Source: Ruditapes philippinarum
Lineage: Eukaryota
NCBI RefSeq assembly: GCF_026571515.1
Contig: NW_026867291.1
Location: 1-64,000 of the forward strand
Reading direction: 5' to 3'
Length of the DNA: 64,000 nucleotides
The notes below the pieces were generated by a model. It was not told where the DNA came from. It was given only the letters and a program-made list of their open reading frames with translations, and did no database searches. Positions 25,554-38,340 of the stretch are shown piece after piece. Both the position numbers and the translations under genes were made by a program. The stretch's first letter is position 1. Every line of letters begins with the position of its first letter.

Positions 25554-28500
25554 TCAAATTTCCAGGATACCGAATACATGGGCCCAAGGATATGGGGACA
25601 ACGAATGAGAAATAACGTTTAGATAGTAAGAAGCGGTTTCATGACTCGGTACCTTAATGACTTTTTGAAAATTTAAGGATAGTGAGAAGGAGTTCGTGAC
25701 ACCCATGCAACTCTGCCTAACATGTGCTATAGCATTATTATGCCCTCCACTGTCCTCTATTATTTCATATTGAAACACCCTGAAAAATAACAGACAAAAG
25801 ATGGTAATAATGTATAGACATCTTCATGTTTTATAAATTCATCAGTTTCATTTGTTACTTTTCTGAAGCCAAGGAATGCCATTTTATTTCATCCATTCAG
25901 AACTGTCCCTATTACTACAGTTCTATGTAGTCAGGCGTTTATCACTTACACATCATCTTTTTACTAAATCAATAAAACAAACTGAGCTTAACATGTTTAA
26001 ATGTTGAATTCTGCTTAAGCCGATGCAAGGGGGTATGAACGGTAGCTGTCCATGAACAGGCTCAATCAAACCAATGCTGCAAACGTTTCAATTTTGCCGT
26101 TTTTGGCGGTTTTTGTTAATTCTGTTTTTTTTCTATTCATAATATTTTCTAAAATTAATGAAATTTACAAAAGTAATTAACTATCACATCATCATGTTTT
26201 TTATACGTGTGTACGTAAATTTTATTACTTATATCATAACCTATGATACTCACTCGCCATCCGTGCAATTATCTTTCTTGAACTGTATATTTGTGTACAT
26301 ATAAAATGTTCCGCCACTTTGAACGTGCAATCCGTTGTTGTTTGTGGAAATGATGTCTCCAATTTTAATATCTTGTTGCCATTCAATAGAATTGGATTTT
26401 GCTAAACAAATATAATCAATAAATTGTATATATATAAATAGAATGTATAAGCACGATTTGAATTATGAAAGAAAATATTTAATCATCTAATTGGTAGGCG
26501 ACCCTTAACATTACGGACTAATCTTGAGACTATAAGAATCTTTTTTCATCATGCAAAATAAAAGTTTACTCACTTTTTTTTCAGAATCTTTATGACATTT
26601 TAACTCTTTAACGGACTGGTCTTATTTGAAAGTACAGTAGGCTATGACAGGGCCACTTTCATTGTATAACTAGCAATACATTCATTGGCGTTTAGATATT
26701 TTAAAGAAAATACGCTTAACAAATTTGCAAACGAATTTATAAAGTGAACTGTTCGATACCCATTTAAGTATTTTAAACATACAAATTAAACCTTAAGAAA
26801 TCTTTTCACTGTCATTTGTATCTAGATTAAATTACATTTCAATATCTTCGATAGAAATTTAAATCTGTTTAGATTTCGGAAAATGCGAAACTAAATGACG
26901 AAGGTTGAACTTCACCTCATGTATATTCCTATTTTATCAGTTGGTATGTATTTTCTTCAATAATTCTGTATCAATGCTTAATATCTATTAATTCGACTTA
27001 CATAATAATATTTTGATTTTGATTTCTTCAACTATTTCAATAGAAAGCCGAAAGCCTTTAAGAACACTTCAAACGGAAAAAAGGAAACTGTTACAGGTTT
27101 GGTTAAAAAGAAGCCTGTTCATGAAAGAAAGTTGCCATGTGCAAGCTACTGTCCACCCCTTAACACCGGCTTAAGCAGAACCTAACGTTAAACCACAATT
27201 ATAGTGAAATCTATCATTCAGAAACATCTGCAGAGGAACTTATACATCGGGATTAGGCAAATCAAACCTTAATTGCGAAACGTATGTGTAATTCCATGAG
27301 AGATGGAGTATAAAAAATGCATGTGTTCTAAATAAGAACAAGAAAAGCATTGATGCTTAGCATCAAAGGGCGTCCAAACAAGATATGCAGCAGGTGCAGA
27401 TGAACTAGTAGATATATAATGACAAGATATTCTTATAAACTGTTCAATGGTTCATTGGTTTTTACCAGAATTGTATATCACTTATGAATGAACGAACGAA
27501 AGACATTGTTCATTATTTATAACTTTGATTGGCATGCTAGAAATTAGAATACTACTTGCTATTTCTTTATGATCGTGGTTATTAATAGCAACGGATATAC
27601 ATGTATACAATCATTTATAATCCATATGAGTAACGCATGATCAACACCACACTTGTGTAATTGTCCCTTATTATGTTATCGCTATTAGCGAAGACCCCCA
27701 CTTAAGCTATCTGTTCACACTTAGTAACAATATGACACTTGTTGTATTACCATGTTGAGCATAAATGTTTATTATACACTAATTGTAATATCTTTTTTAA
27801 TAAAAAAATACAGATTTTATGAATATTGTTTTCTTTTCTTTTTTGTGTTTTATGCACTACTTTAATACTGAGTTTTTACGTTTACTACTATTTTAAGAAC
27901 AAATTGTCATAATGACCGACGATTATAAGTCAAAACTCAACAGGAAAAAGTCAGTAAATTATGGTTAAACTTTCAATATATAATATTGTTTATTCTTAAA
28001 CCATATACATGTATATACATTTGTATTTTTCTTTATCATTTTTTAAATTATCAATCAATTGAATAATTCATAAAATCTGATTTGTAACTTTGAATAATTC
28101 CTCGGCATCTTTACTAAACACGAATAACAAATTAAATAAAATGTTTCAAAGTTGATAGTGTCATATTAATGCCATAAAAATGTACATTTTTTCTCAATTA
28201 TTGTACATATTTATTGTTTTTATCTCAGATAGATAAAATAAAACATGCGATTTGTGTTGTTGGTTTTTTTTTCGAATTGTATGTTTATGTATAACAATAA
28301 TCAATAAATTTGAGAGTTGATCTATTTTTATTAATTATTGTAACCAAACTAAGTGACAAACATTCATTTTGAAAAAAAGCTTATTTATCTGTAAAATATT
28401 TGTTCTGTTCTGTAACGATATCAAACATCTACTCCAAAACCGGAAGAGACCGGACAATAAACGTGTGGTACTATTCGCCGGTCGTCAAAATAGACCAGGA

Positions 28501-31500
28501 GAGACCGGGAATTACCGACAAGAGTACATCTATAAATAGATTTTCGGAATATTTAGGTTATCAACTCAACATTCTATTTACAGCTTTCGGAATAACATAC
28601 CATAATAACCCACTGTGTACTTCAAAATGATAAATAAAAATACCCCGAAGAGCGCGATTTATTGACGGAAAAGGTTAATTAATAATTCGAAATTCTCCAG
28701 TTCGCTATTCATTGTAATTAATAATCAAGCACCCTCATACCGATCGGAATGATCGACTTTTATTATGAACAACTATAAAGGCTCGAGAAGTTGCTGTCGC
28801 CCTTTCACAAAATCTGATTTCATTACATAAAAGGCGCCGCGCTTCGGCGCGGACGCCAAAAATAATAGACATAACTAAATAAAATGAATTCTAAAATACA
28901 AAGTATATTCATGCAAATATTGACTTGGATGAAATTGTTTTATTAAAATTATAAACAACAATTTTTACTATTATTTTAAATCACCTAGTTATTGGATATT
29001 TTCCAAAGTATTTTTTATTTTATTTTCGGACTTTGTTCTAAATTCCCCTTTAAATATTGACAACTAATAAGCTAATTGTTTTATTTCATATATTTATTGT
29101 CATTGTTGGCTTACCAATGGTAATTATATCAGCGATTATTTTTAAAATACTAGTATTCAATTTCATTTTTGTCTAAATTTGGCATGAACGTTTAACTATT
29201 GTACAAATGATACACTAAGCAAAAATATATAAATAACAATTCCCTGTGATTGGTAATTATAATACATGTACATTTGACAACCTCTATCTATTTTTAGGTA
29301 TGACGTCAGAGTGTTTATTTTAACCTATGAGTTATAACGAATAAAAATTTATTAAAATCACCAAGTAGAAAAATACACAATCCAAAAAGAATGCGACTAA
29401 ATCCGACAAAATATAGAAAATGGAATACCTAAAGAACGGCCAAAACGACAAAATTGAAAATGTTGCAGACTCGGTTTGATTGAGCATGTTTATGTACCTC
29501 GCTGTAAAGTTACCGCCCAAGTCCTTTATCTTTGGTTCAAGCAAACCTTAAATGATGCAAGATAGTTTTTGATAAAGCCCACTCAAAGATAGTGGTATGT
29601 GCACTTGCACCGGTCTAAGCAGTATGACTGTGTTGAAACTTTGAAGAAGGAAACATTTGTTGATCGTATTATATGAAGGTGACAAATGAGGCTGACATGA
29701 AAAGGAGTGAACGGTCTCCAATTAAATGAATTCGTGTGTCGTAAACAAGAACACAATCGGCGGAACAAAATTGAATCGAATATTGAAAATGCATCCAATG
29801 TCATGCTGCCTGCATATCACAGACATATATTAAAAGACCTGAGTTACACTTTCCATGTTCTACACAGAATTTAAAAATACATTCATTTATAACGGAATAG
29901 AGACTATATACACATTTTGATATTCACCCTTAGGATAAAATGCATGCTTTTTATTAATTAAAAAAGCAGGCATTTTATCCTAAGGGTGAATATCAAAATG
30001 TGTATATAGTCTCTATTCCATTAAAAATGAATGTATTTTTAAATTCTGTGTAGAACATGGAAAGTGTAACTCCGGTTTCGATAGTTACCCATTTCTCAAT
30101 CTAAATTGCCAAGAGCATAATTATTTTAACTGATCATGAATAATAACTTTGAACATTTAATTACCGTTTCCTTTGAGTTGCATAGAAGAACGTTTCCAGT
30201 TTAGTAATTTATTCAATAGTTTGTTATTGACTGCCACTCGACTTTGCAAAACGGTTCTTTCAAATATACTTTGCGATGATGCAGAATGTCTATGCACGTC
30301 TTTATTTTCCCTGTTATGCTGAAGGATAATTACTTCGTCTTCTAACTTGATAATCCCTAGAAACAAAGACAATTAATAGCGCCAATGGTAAGTCAGCTGA
30401 ACCATTGGTAATTCATTTTATAAAGACTGATTCATTATAGTTTAATACGATGGTTTGTTTGAAAATTTATTGTAAATTATAATTTACCTGAAATTAATAG
30501 GGGGATATTTCAAAGTTGCTGTCTTTTTTGCTTGACCTACCGTTTATGGAGTTCGTAAGTTAGATGAATGCTGGAAAATCTTCAACAAGTTTCATAAATT
30601 TACTAAGTATGTTTCATAAATGAAGGGAATTAAGTAATTAAATTAGAACCATATATCACATATATTTACAGGCATTTTTCAATTTATTTTTATTTTTCTT
30701 CTTTTTCTTTTGAGATAGAGAGAGGGGGAGGAAAGAGGAAGAGAGAGAGAGAGGTATAGAATAGAGAACGGGTCGGCATGACCACTCAATGCGTTGGACA
30801 GTTGAGGTTTTTAAATTCTTAATTGCCATTCCCTTTTTAACAAAAGAAATTAACATTACAAGATGTAACTTACTGTTGTGATGCTCTTGTAAACTCGAAG
30901 AGTGTTTTTCTAATTTCTGCGGAAACAAATAAAGACAATTACTAGCACTGTTCATAATTATGGAAATCATACCACAGCAATACAATGAAAACATTTAAAA
31001 ACATATTAATTCCTTTATTATTTAAAGCAAATCACATAATTATATAATTTGAACAATATATACCTCAGTAAATGTGTCTTTGAACGTTGTAAAGTCATTA
31101 AATGCATTCTCCTGACAACATTCCAGTTCACCTGGGTCTCCAAAGTCTTTACTTTGATATGAATGTCTTCCTTTTTCTTGGCATTTATCACAGAAAATTT
31201 GCCTTCGTATTATTTCTTTAGCTCTTTGTGAACGAAGTTTTTCGAATAAAATTTCTTTAAAAGCCACTTCCATTGTTTTAAATATTCCATGACTTTCAGA
31301 TTTGTCATTGCCATTTGGACGGGTTTCCATTCGAAATGAAACCAAAATAACTGCCAGAACAGAAATCGTACAAATTATCAACACGATGCATAGAATCGCT
31401 AGGATTAAGAACATTTTTCTTAAACTCTTATAGCTTTTCTTGAGTTTTGAAATTTTAGAATACTCCGATTTGAAGAATCTCTTACATTCTTCTCTTACCC

Positions 31501-31828
31501 AGTCATCTCTAAGCAACGGGATTGCTTCTTGTGTATTGCCCTCGTTTTTCATTAATGTATCTGGCTGTTGTCTTTTGAATGGTATTCGGTTGCTTGTCAA
31601 TTGAGACTGTACAGGTGCAAAGTGTGGTTTCTCCCTATGGCACTGGGTGTAAAAGCCTGTGGCGGGTGTAGAAAACTCCTCATCCGCATTTTTAGTACCT
31701 TGTCTCGAGTGTGTTTTTGGATTGTACCCGGAAGTAATGTCTTCGTCTGACACATCTGTTTCCTCGGAATATTCAGAGACGTTAGTTGTGTTCGAACTCT
31801 CGCTTGTGTATCGCGCGTGTGAATGCAT
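25554..31828 (-). CDS. TNF-superfamily ligand, paralog 1 (type II membrane protein, ~457 aa, 5 coding exons)
   Basis: Exons 31828-31064, 30916-30874, 30356-30165, 26401-26254 and 25779-25554, all GT-AG with phases 0/1/1/2. TM MFLILAILCIVLIICTISVLAVILVSF. TNF homology domain: SSMQLKG...SIEWQ...NNNGLHVQSGGTFYMYTNIQF...HVFGILEI*. Confidence 0.9.
29841..30072. repeat. Near-perfect 232-bp palindrome in intron 3 of TNF paralog 1
   Basis: gagttacactttccatgttctacacag...ctgtgtagaacatggaaagtgtaactc; arms ~110 bp with a few mismatches. Confidence 0.95.
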
Positions 31829-32150
31829 ATCTTCAAGAGGAATTAGTTGTGTTAGAACTCTCGCTTGTATGTTGTGCGTTTAAATGCATATCTTCAAGGG
31901 GAATTAGTTGTGTTCGAACTCTCGCTTGTATGTTGTGCGTTTAAATGCATATCTTCTAGGGGAATTAGTTGTGTTCGAACTCTCGTTTGTATATTGTGCG
32001 TTTTAATGCGCATCTTCAAGAGTAATTAGAATTAGTTGTATTCGAACTGTCCTTGTGTATCGTTCGTGTAAATGCATATCTTCAAGAAGAATAAGTTGCA
32101 TTTGAACTCTCGCTTGTGCATCGTGTGATCAAGAGAAATTAGTTGTCTTG
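31782..32150 (-). repeat. 61-bp minisatellite (~6 units) overlapping the start codon of TNF paralog 1
   Basis: Unit ttagttgtgttcgaactctcgcttgtatgttgtgcgtttaaatgcatatcttcaaggggaa recurs at ~31782, 31843, 31904, 31965, 32032 and 32092. Confidence 0.92.
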
Positions 32151-33059
32151 TGTATCCTGCGTGTACATATTTTGTTTAAAATAAACAGACACGAGAATAC
32201 TCGTTTCTCTCATCGAAATTTAATAATCCTGCAAAAAAATGTATGTGAAGGTAAAATCTTTTTATTAAAAAACGGAGTAACATAGATACGAACAGCAAAA
32301 ATCTGTTATATATATTTTTTTGTTTCTTCGGTTATACATGTGACGGTATAAGAGAGCAATTTAAAAAATATTGTAGTTTTATCTACGTACGTCCGCTTTC
32401 GAACAATTATGATATCATACATATATTGTATATTTCACCCAGTATATTTTAAATGTAGTTACAACAGACATTTAATTAAATTTTAACTTCCTCCTTAAAC
32501 TTAAATCTTTATTTGAGTAAACAGTTATTCATCAAACACAAAACTTCCTAGTTATAAGAAATATATTTTTAATTATATGTTTAACTTCAGTCACCAATCA
32601 TTGGCATTAAACTGACTAGCAATTTTATTATACTTTAAAATACAATTCTTAAAATTCCAATGATTATCAAAGTATTTGGCGGAACTATTTGTTGATTTGA
32701 CTTGATTTGTTAACATTTTTATGTGTCATTACTTAATATGTCCAATGGTTGTTTTGTTGAAATCACTGGAATAAGAATGTAATTTGATTCCTTCCTTTTA
32801 ACCTATTTGATGTGACGATCATATTATTAAACTGAGTACGGTCCAATAGAAAGGTGTATTGAATCGCACAAAAAAGCATTTATGACTGAAATGAAATCTT
32901 TTCAAGGTTGTACATTACAACGTGTAAGGACGAGACGAAATAATTATTCTTCGCGTTCGGAAATTCAAGTATTTTTCTCTCACTTAAATTGAAGAGAACG
33001 TTGAGTACAATCACATTAATGGTTATCAATTTTTGATCGATGCTGAGTTAACATTAAAT

Positions 33060-33345
33060 GATGGTGGGGTTGGTAGTTTTCACTCCGGATCACGGCCGTA
33101 AGCCACATTGAATTTACAAGAGCACAGTTCAGCAACCGCATCGTTCCTCGGCAGACTATCAAGCAGTTAACCTGTGCTAGTTTTCTCCATTGAAACTTCT
33201 GTACATGCCAGAGCAGTGGTACAGTTCGGAATGCCGTAGAAAATATTTTATGATAAATCACAACGGAAGTGACCTGTACAGTTCGGGAATCGAACCCGTG
33301 TCGCCCGAATTCACAGTCCAGTGCTTTACCTTTTGAGCTAACCGG
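33060..33345 (-). mobile_element. tRNA-derived SINE, family B
   Basis: Head ccggTTAGCTCAAAAGGtaaagcactggactgtgaattc...GGTTCGATTCCc (A and B boxes). Body (aactgcttga, ctgaactgtgctct, gtggcttacggccgtgatccg) is shared with 37735-37965. Confidence 0.75.
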
Positions 33346-33886
33346 TATAAACATTACGTGAAGGGGCGGTACATTGTATTTAAACAGATGATTTTAATAT
33401 TTTTTTATTTTTAATAAATGATAAATAAACAAACAAATAAATAAATAAATAATGAATAAATAAATAAATAAATAATCAAAACGTTTTCAAATAAGATGTA
33501 CTCATTAAGACATTAACACAAACGCGTCGTGTTCAAAATATCTTGTGTTAGAATGTTTCATTTAGAAATAAAAGCAAATGTAAGGGGATATTTTTAGTAT
33601 GCTTTTTCTATTAATTGTTTTATCAATTATTTACTATATGATGTATTCGGTTTAGTAAACCTTTTTTAACGATGAAAGTATAACAAATCAAAATAATAAT
33701 ACCTTTCTTAGTGACTCCGTACAAAGAATATATAATACCTTGATAAACATACTATGATTCCGTTCGTGTCGCTTGTCTGACAAATAGTAGTATATATCGC
33801 AAGTTAGGTAATTCATGCCTAAAGAGGAAGAAGAAGTATATTATACGGATTACCTGAACGTAAACGTGCTTACTCTGAAATATACT

Positions 33887-33936
33887 TATATAATCTATTA
33901 AGCTATTCCGGGAAAGTGTATATTATCTTCCATGAA
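33887..33936 (-). promoter_or_regulatory. Putative promoter of TNF paralog 1: TATA box plus two STAT/GAS sites
   Basis: TTCCGGGAA (33906-33914) and TTCCATGAA (33928-33936) match TTCN3GAA. TATATAA on the minus strand at ~33893-33887. Candidate 5'UTR donor AAG|GTATTA at ~33702 and acceptor at 32229. Confidence 0.5.
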
Positions 33937-34159
33937 AGTATCAGTATATTTGCGATAATATAAAATTAATTAGGCCATTTACGTACGACATTAACTAGGA
34001 TATTTCGATTTTCTTAAAATAAAATTAAATACATTTGTTATCTACCACGGCATGTGAAAGCGACTTTGACGAATGGTATCTAAATGAGATCTAGTGTATT
34101 CAGTAGCGTTTGAACGACTGTTACTTAGTAGTTCTTTTATAGTTTGAGTGTCAAGTATA

Positions 34160-34275
34160 GGTTAGAGTGCATATTGGGTGTTCTTCGTAAATAAGAAAGC
34201 TAAAAAGGAGCGGAGCTTGCGAAGCGACTGTAGCTTTCTTATTTACGAAGAACATCCAATATATGCACTCTAACC
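34160..34275. repeat. Inverted repeat/hairpin (~42-bp arms, GCGAAGC in the loop), probably a non-autonomous element
   Basis: ggttagagtgcatattgggtgttcttcgtaaataagaaagcta ... tagctttcttatttacgaagaacatccaatatatgcactctaacc. Confidence 0.8.
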
Positions 34276-37200
34276 GGCTTAGTGCTCCGCCCACTTGCGT
34301 TTTATAATATAAAACGTTCAGTTTATATAAAATCTGTTCTATTAAGATTTGAAACCTGGAAATTTGAAAAATACTCGTCGGTGATTGGCTTAAAAAAATT
34401 GGCGAGCACTAATTACTAGATGTAGAACCTAACTAAAAAAATCTTAATTTCTTAATTGTAAAGTAAATATTAATATTGTTGTATCATTACTCAAAATCAT
34501 TTAATTATACTTCAAAGTTAAATATAATTATATACAATTGCATTTATCAAAATTTGGTTTAATATATGAGTATATTTTCCACTTTATAAGTTTAAAAGTG
34601 ATATTATGCCCATCCAAGAGTAAATGGTAAAAAAAAATCTGGAAAAGATGTGATCCCTCGTGGGCATTAATCACAACAAAATAACATGAAAATTGCAGGC
34701 TAGGTTTGATTGAATCTGTACATGAGGGATAATGAAAAAGAGCAACATTCCTCACGCCCCTGGCATCGGCTTCAGCGGTACTCAGTTTTCAACAAGTGCT
34801 GGAATCACTGATGCCGTAGGACCAGAAAAATATATGTCCAGTTGTTTTTCAATTAAAATAACTTTTTTGAAATTACTTTTTGTCATATTTATTTTCAATT
34901 TCTATAATAAAATTCACCTGAGTAATCAATAACCTTTGTCACACTCATACATGTCTGTAAATGGCCTTCGGAAAATATCGGAACGTTCAATATTTTTAAA
35001 GAGTGTCGCAGTATGTATATTTTATCCATTATCATTTTTTGTTCAGGAGCCATTTAAATATTCTTTTGAAATATCAAATTATTTTATCTCAGCTTGACAT
35101 TGAAATAAAATGTGCTTAATGACACTTTAAAGGTAAACTCGTTATAAATCAAAAGCAAAAGAAAAATGCAAACTAAAAAAAATATAAAAAATACTATGTA
35201 TGTAACAGCCTTGACCTGATTGCAGTTAAGTTAGTTTTACCACCACCTGTCAGTTTTCATATTTTAGGCTATGCTATTTCATACTCGCTCTGTTTACTAT
35301 AACTTAAAAGAAGCATGTAGTACTATAACTACGCATAAGGAGATGTTAATGTAAACTTACCATACATACATTATAACACTTTGTAAACTGATATGTGTCG
35401 CCGCATGACCATTAATGTGTTAGTGCGACGAAGCCCCCCCCCAAAAAAAAAGTGCGTGGCGAGAAAAAAATTATAATCATATATACGACAACTGACTTAA
35501 ATACGGGATATATCGTTTGTATCAGAAAGAAGCAAAAAATCATTATTCATTATCATAAACGACTGAAAATAGAAGAATCATTAAAAAAATGCCCATTACG
35601 CCCAAGAAATGTTTTACACTCTTATTCTCAAAAGCTTTTTATTTTTGGTGACCCGTTATAGTTTCCAAAATTTCCCCCATACCTGAAACATCTTTTGCAT
35701 CTGTTGCTGTTGTAAATTATTGTCAAATTATTGTAGTGATTTAAATATTTTGTATGGAAGCCAAAATACTACTTTGTTTACATTTTGGTACTTTTATGAC
35801 AATTTATTTCACATTCTTCAGGTGATAAGTATAAAAAATTCCCTAAAATCATTATGATTTATACATTTTAAAACACATCCTTGCCCTTACTGAAGATGGA
35901 AAAAATTATTTATTTCTGAGGCATAATGTGTCTAAATTAATGTCGATTAACTATTATAACAACTTTTCAATCAACTAACCTAAAATATTAATGTTAAAGT
36001 TGCTCCTTTCTCACCCAATGAAAGATACAAATGTAAAAGAGGGCGGTTACAAGTAGTGGAGGCGGAGTGAAGTGCAACAAATACTAACGTGAAAGATCTT
36101 TTTACATTTATAGAATAACAAGATTCGCTCTAATGCAGGCGTGCAATGAACTTTTTGCAAAGGTGCAACTTTTTTCACTGTTAAAAGTGACTAAGCAAAA
36201 CAAATGATTAATGACTTTACACTCTAATAGTAAAAAGAGTAACAAAATACGATACTTTGTTATTATATAACAAGTTTGCTTAGTGCATTCTTGTACACTT
36301 AAAAACCACTATCTTTCACTGAATTTACTCTATTTAGTCCTTTAAATACGATTTGAAATTGCTTTATAGAATTTCAATTTGTATTGTATTAAATAGTTTA
36401 GTTTATCCTTTTTTATGATATACATTAATATGTAAAATCAACATATTTGATATCAAACGAATATTCAATACCCTATCATAATAATGTATTTCATGTTTTG
36501 TTCTATTCAAATTAAGGCGCGTTTGATTTATTTAAAAAATGTATTAAACATAAGTTTGCACAAATAACTATGTTGAAAATGGTCTGCAGAATATAAAGGC
36601 TTAGAAGTACAACACCAATTATAACTTAGATGGTCATGTTCCAGCAAATCTTATTGTGTGCTACTATTTATTTAATTGAAAGTAGATTTACAGGTTAAGT
36701 GTTATATGACACAATATAGCAATACAATCATTGCGCTAAATACAGTATGCAAACGGTTCGTTGATTTAATAGTACTCTCGTGCGCATCGGCCGAATGTTT
36801 CACTATCGCTCACTGTCTAACGTGAGCTGCGAAGGGAGCTTAACGTCATTGGTGATGCAGTGTCGCGATTGCTTGTCATGGAGGAGTTTTGGCGCTGAGA
36901 TTGAGACTGTAATCAACTATAGACAATAATGATTTAGATAATTAAAACATGATATTTCATCAACGTGACAAATCCAGTTTTCAAATCGATAAACGCTTGC
37001 ACGTTGCTAACATGCCGCTTTTCATTTTTGCTTGTTTTGTCATTGCTACCTTATATAACCGTAAAGCGACATTTGGTTTCAAGTTTAAATTGACTTGTAT
37101 TTCCAAAGATTGATAAATGAAATGATGATTCACTAATAGTTAATATGGCAAATGTTTAGGTATGCCTTATATTATATATACATGTTTATACAAGGCAAGG

Positions 37201-37734
37201 CTACACTCTTTTTATAAATTAAAAGTTACAGATAAATTCCGATGGATATTTACAGAAATTCCCTTGGTCCTTATGTAATTTCTCGTCGAGCGAAGTAAAT
37301 AATACAATTGAAGGAATTAAGGCAAAATTTAAACTCATTTTGACTTTCACGTGTTCATGCACTATATGCCCTTGGATGGACATAATGTCACTTAAAAAAT
37401 GATTTAATTATATTTAAGATAAGTCATTTTGACTGATACTCCTACCGTTTTCATTTGTTTAAGATTTAACAACGGTAAATCAAAGTTATTATCGAGTAAT
37501 GAAATTATCTTGAACAGTCGAAAACAGTATACTGAGTTGTGGTAAACACAATGGCATAGAGGCACGTTCAAATAATTTTTAAGCGTTATATTGTGTGTTT
37601 CTGGTACTTTTGAATCAATAATGATTATACTGTCATCGTGGTTTACTCAAAAGATAGTTAAGCCGGGGTGCAACATTGCCGGATTAATATACTAGTACTC
37701 AAGCAGACAATGGCATTTAATTTTTATTCATATC

Positions 37735-37965
37735 TAACAGCTCGTTGTACTGTGAATCGGGCGAGCCTCGTCATATCTTAAATCCTTCTCTACGGTCATT
37801 CGCCCTGTATCTCTCGCGCTAGTAGTTATCAGTTCATTGCATAGTATAGGCACTTGTACGAGTAAACTGCTTGACAGCCTGTCCAGGATCGATGCTGCGG
37901 CTGAACTGTGCTCTGATGGAGTCTGAGTGGCTTACAGCCGTGATCCGCAGGATAACCTAACACTA
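37735..37965 (+). mobile_element. SINE family B, degenerate copy
   Basis: Shares body motifs with 33060-33345 in the opposite orientation. Confidence 0.55.
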
Positions 37966-38340
37966 CCACCAAGAGTCACAACATAATGATTTTATTGCAG
38001 ATACAACAATTTATACTTTATACATATTAACTTCCCTTGCTCTCCTTTGTTATCAGTAATATTTTGTCATTTTAGAGTTTAGATTTCCAATACTTAATTC
38101 TTTTTATACACAACACACTTTTCATGGGCTCTTATCAGCAAACTCAATGAAAATTAATAAATTTGATCTAATCGAAATGCTTGAAGTCCAAATACTTTTT
38201 CCCTATCCAGTTGTTGTGTGTACAGTTTTCCAATATCATTACATTTATATAAAAATACATTCTTTATCTTTCAAGTGATTCTTTTTAAAAACTTGGTTAT
38301 TTTAGATTCTTTTGTCATTTAATTCAGGAAGTCTGCTAAA

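Noticed and set aside
26570-26700. Candidate extra TNF exon ending in a GTGAGT donor
   Set aside because: In-frame stops follow the acceptors I tested, there is no counterpart in paralog 2, and exons 3 and 4 already join in phase.
33280-33345. tRNA-His-like gene (GTG anticodon-like loop)
   Set aside because: The acceptor stem does not pair, and the head continues into a body repeated at 37735-37965. It is a SINE head.
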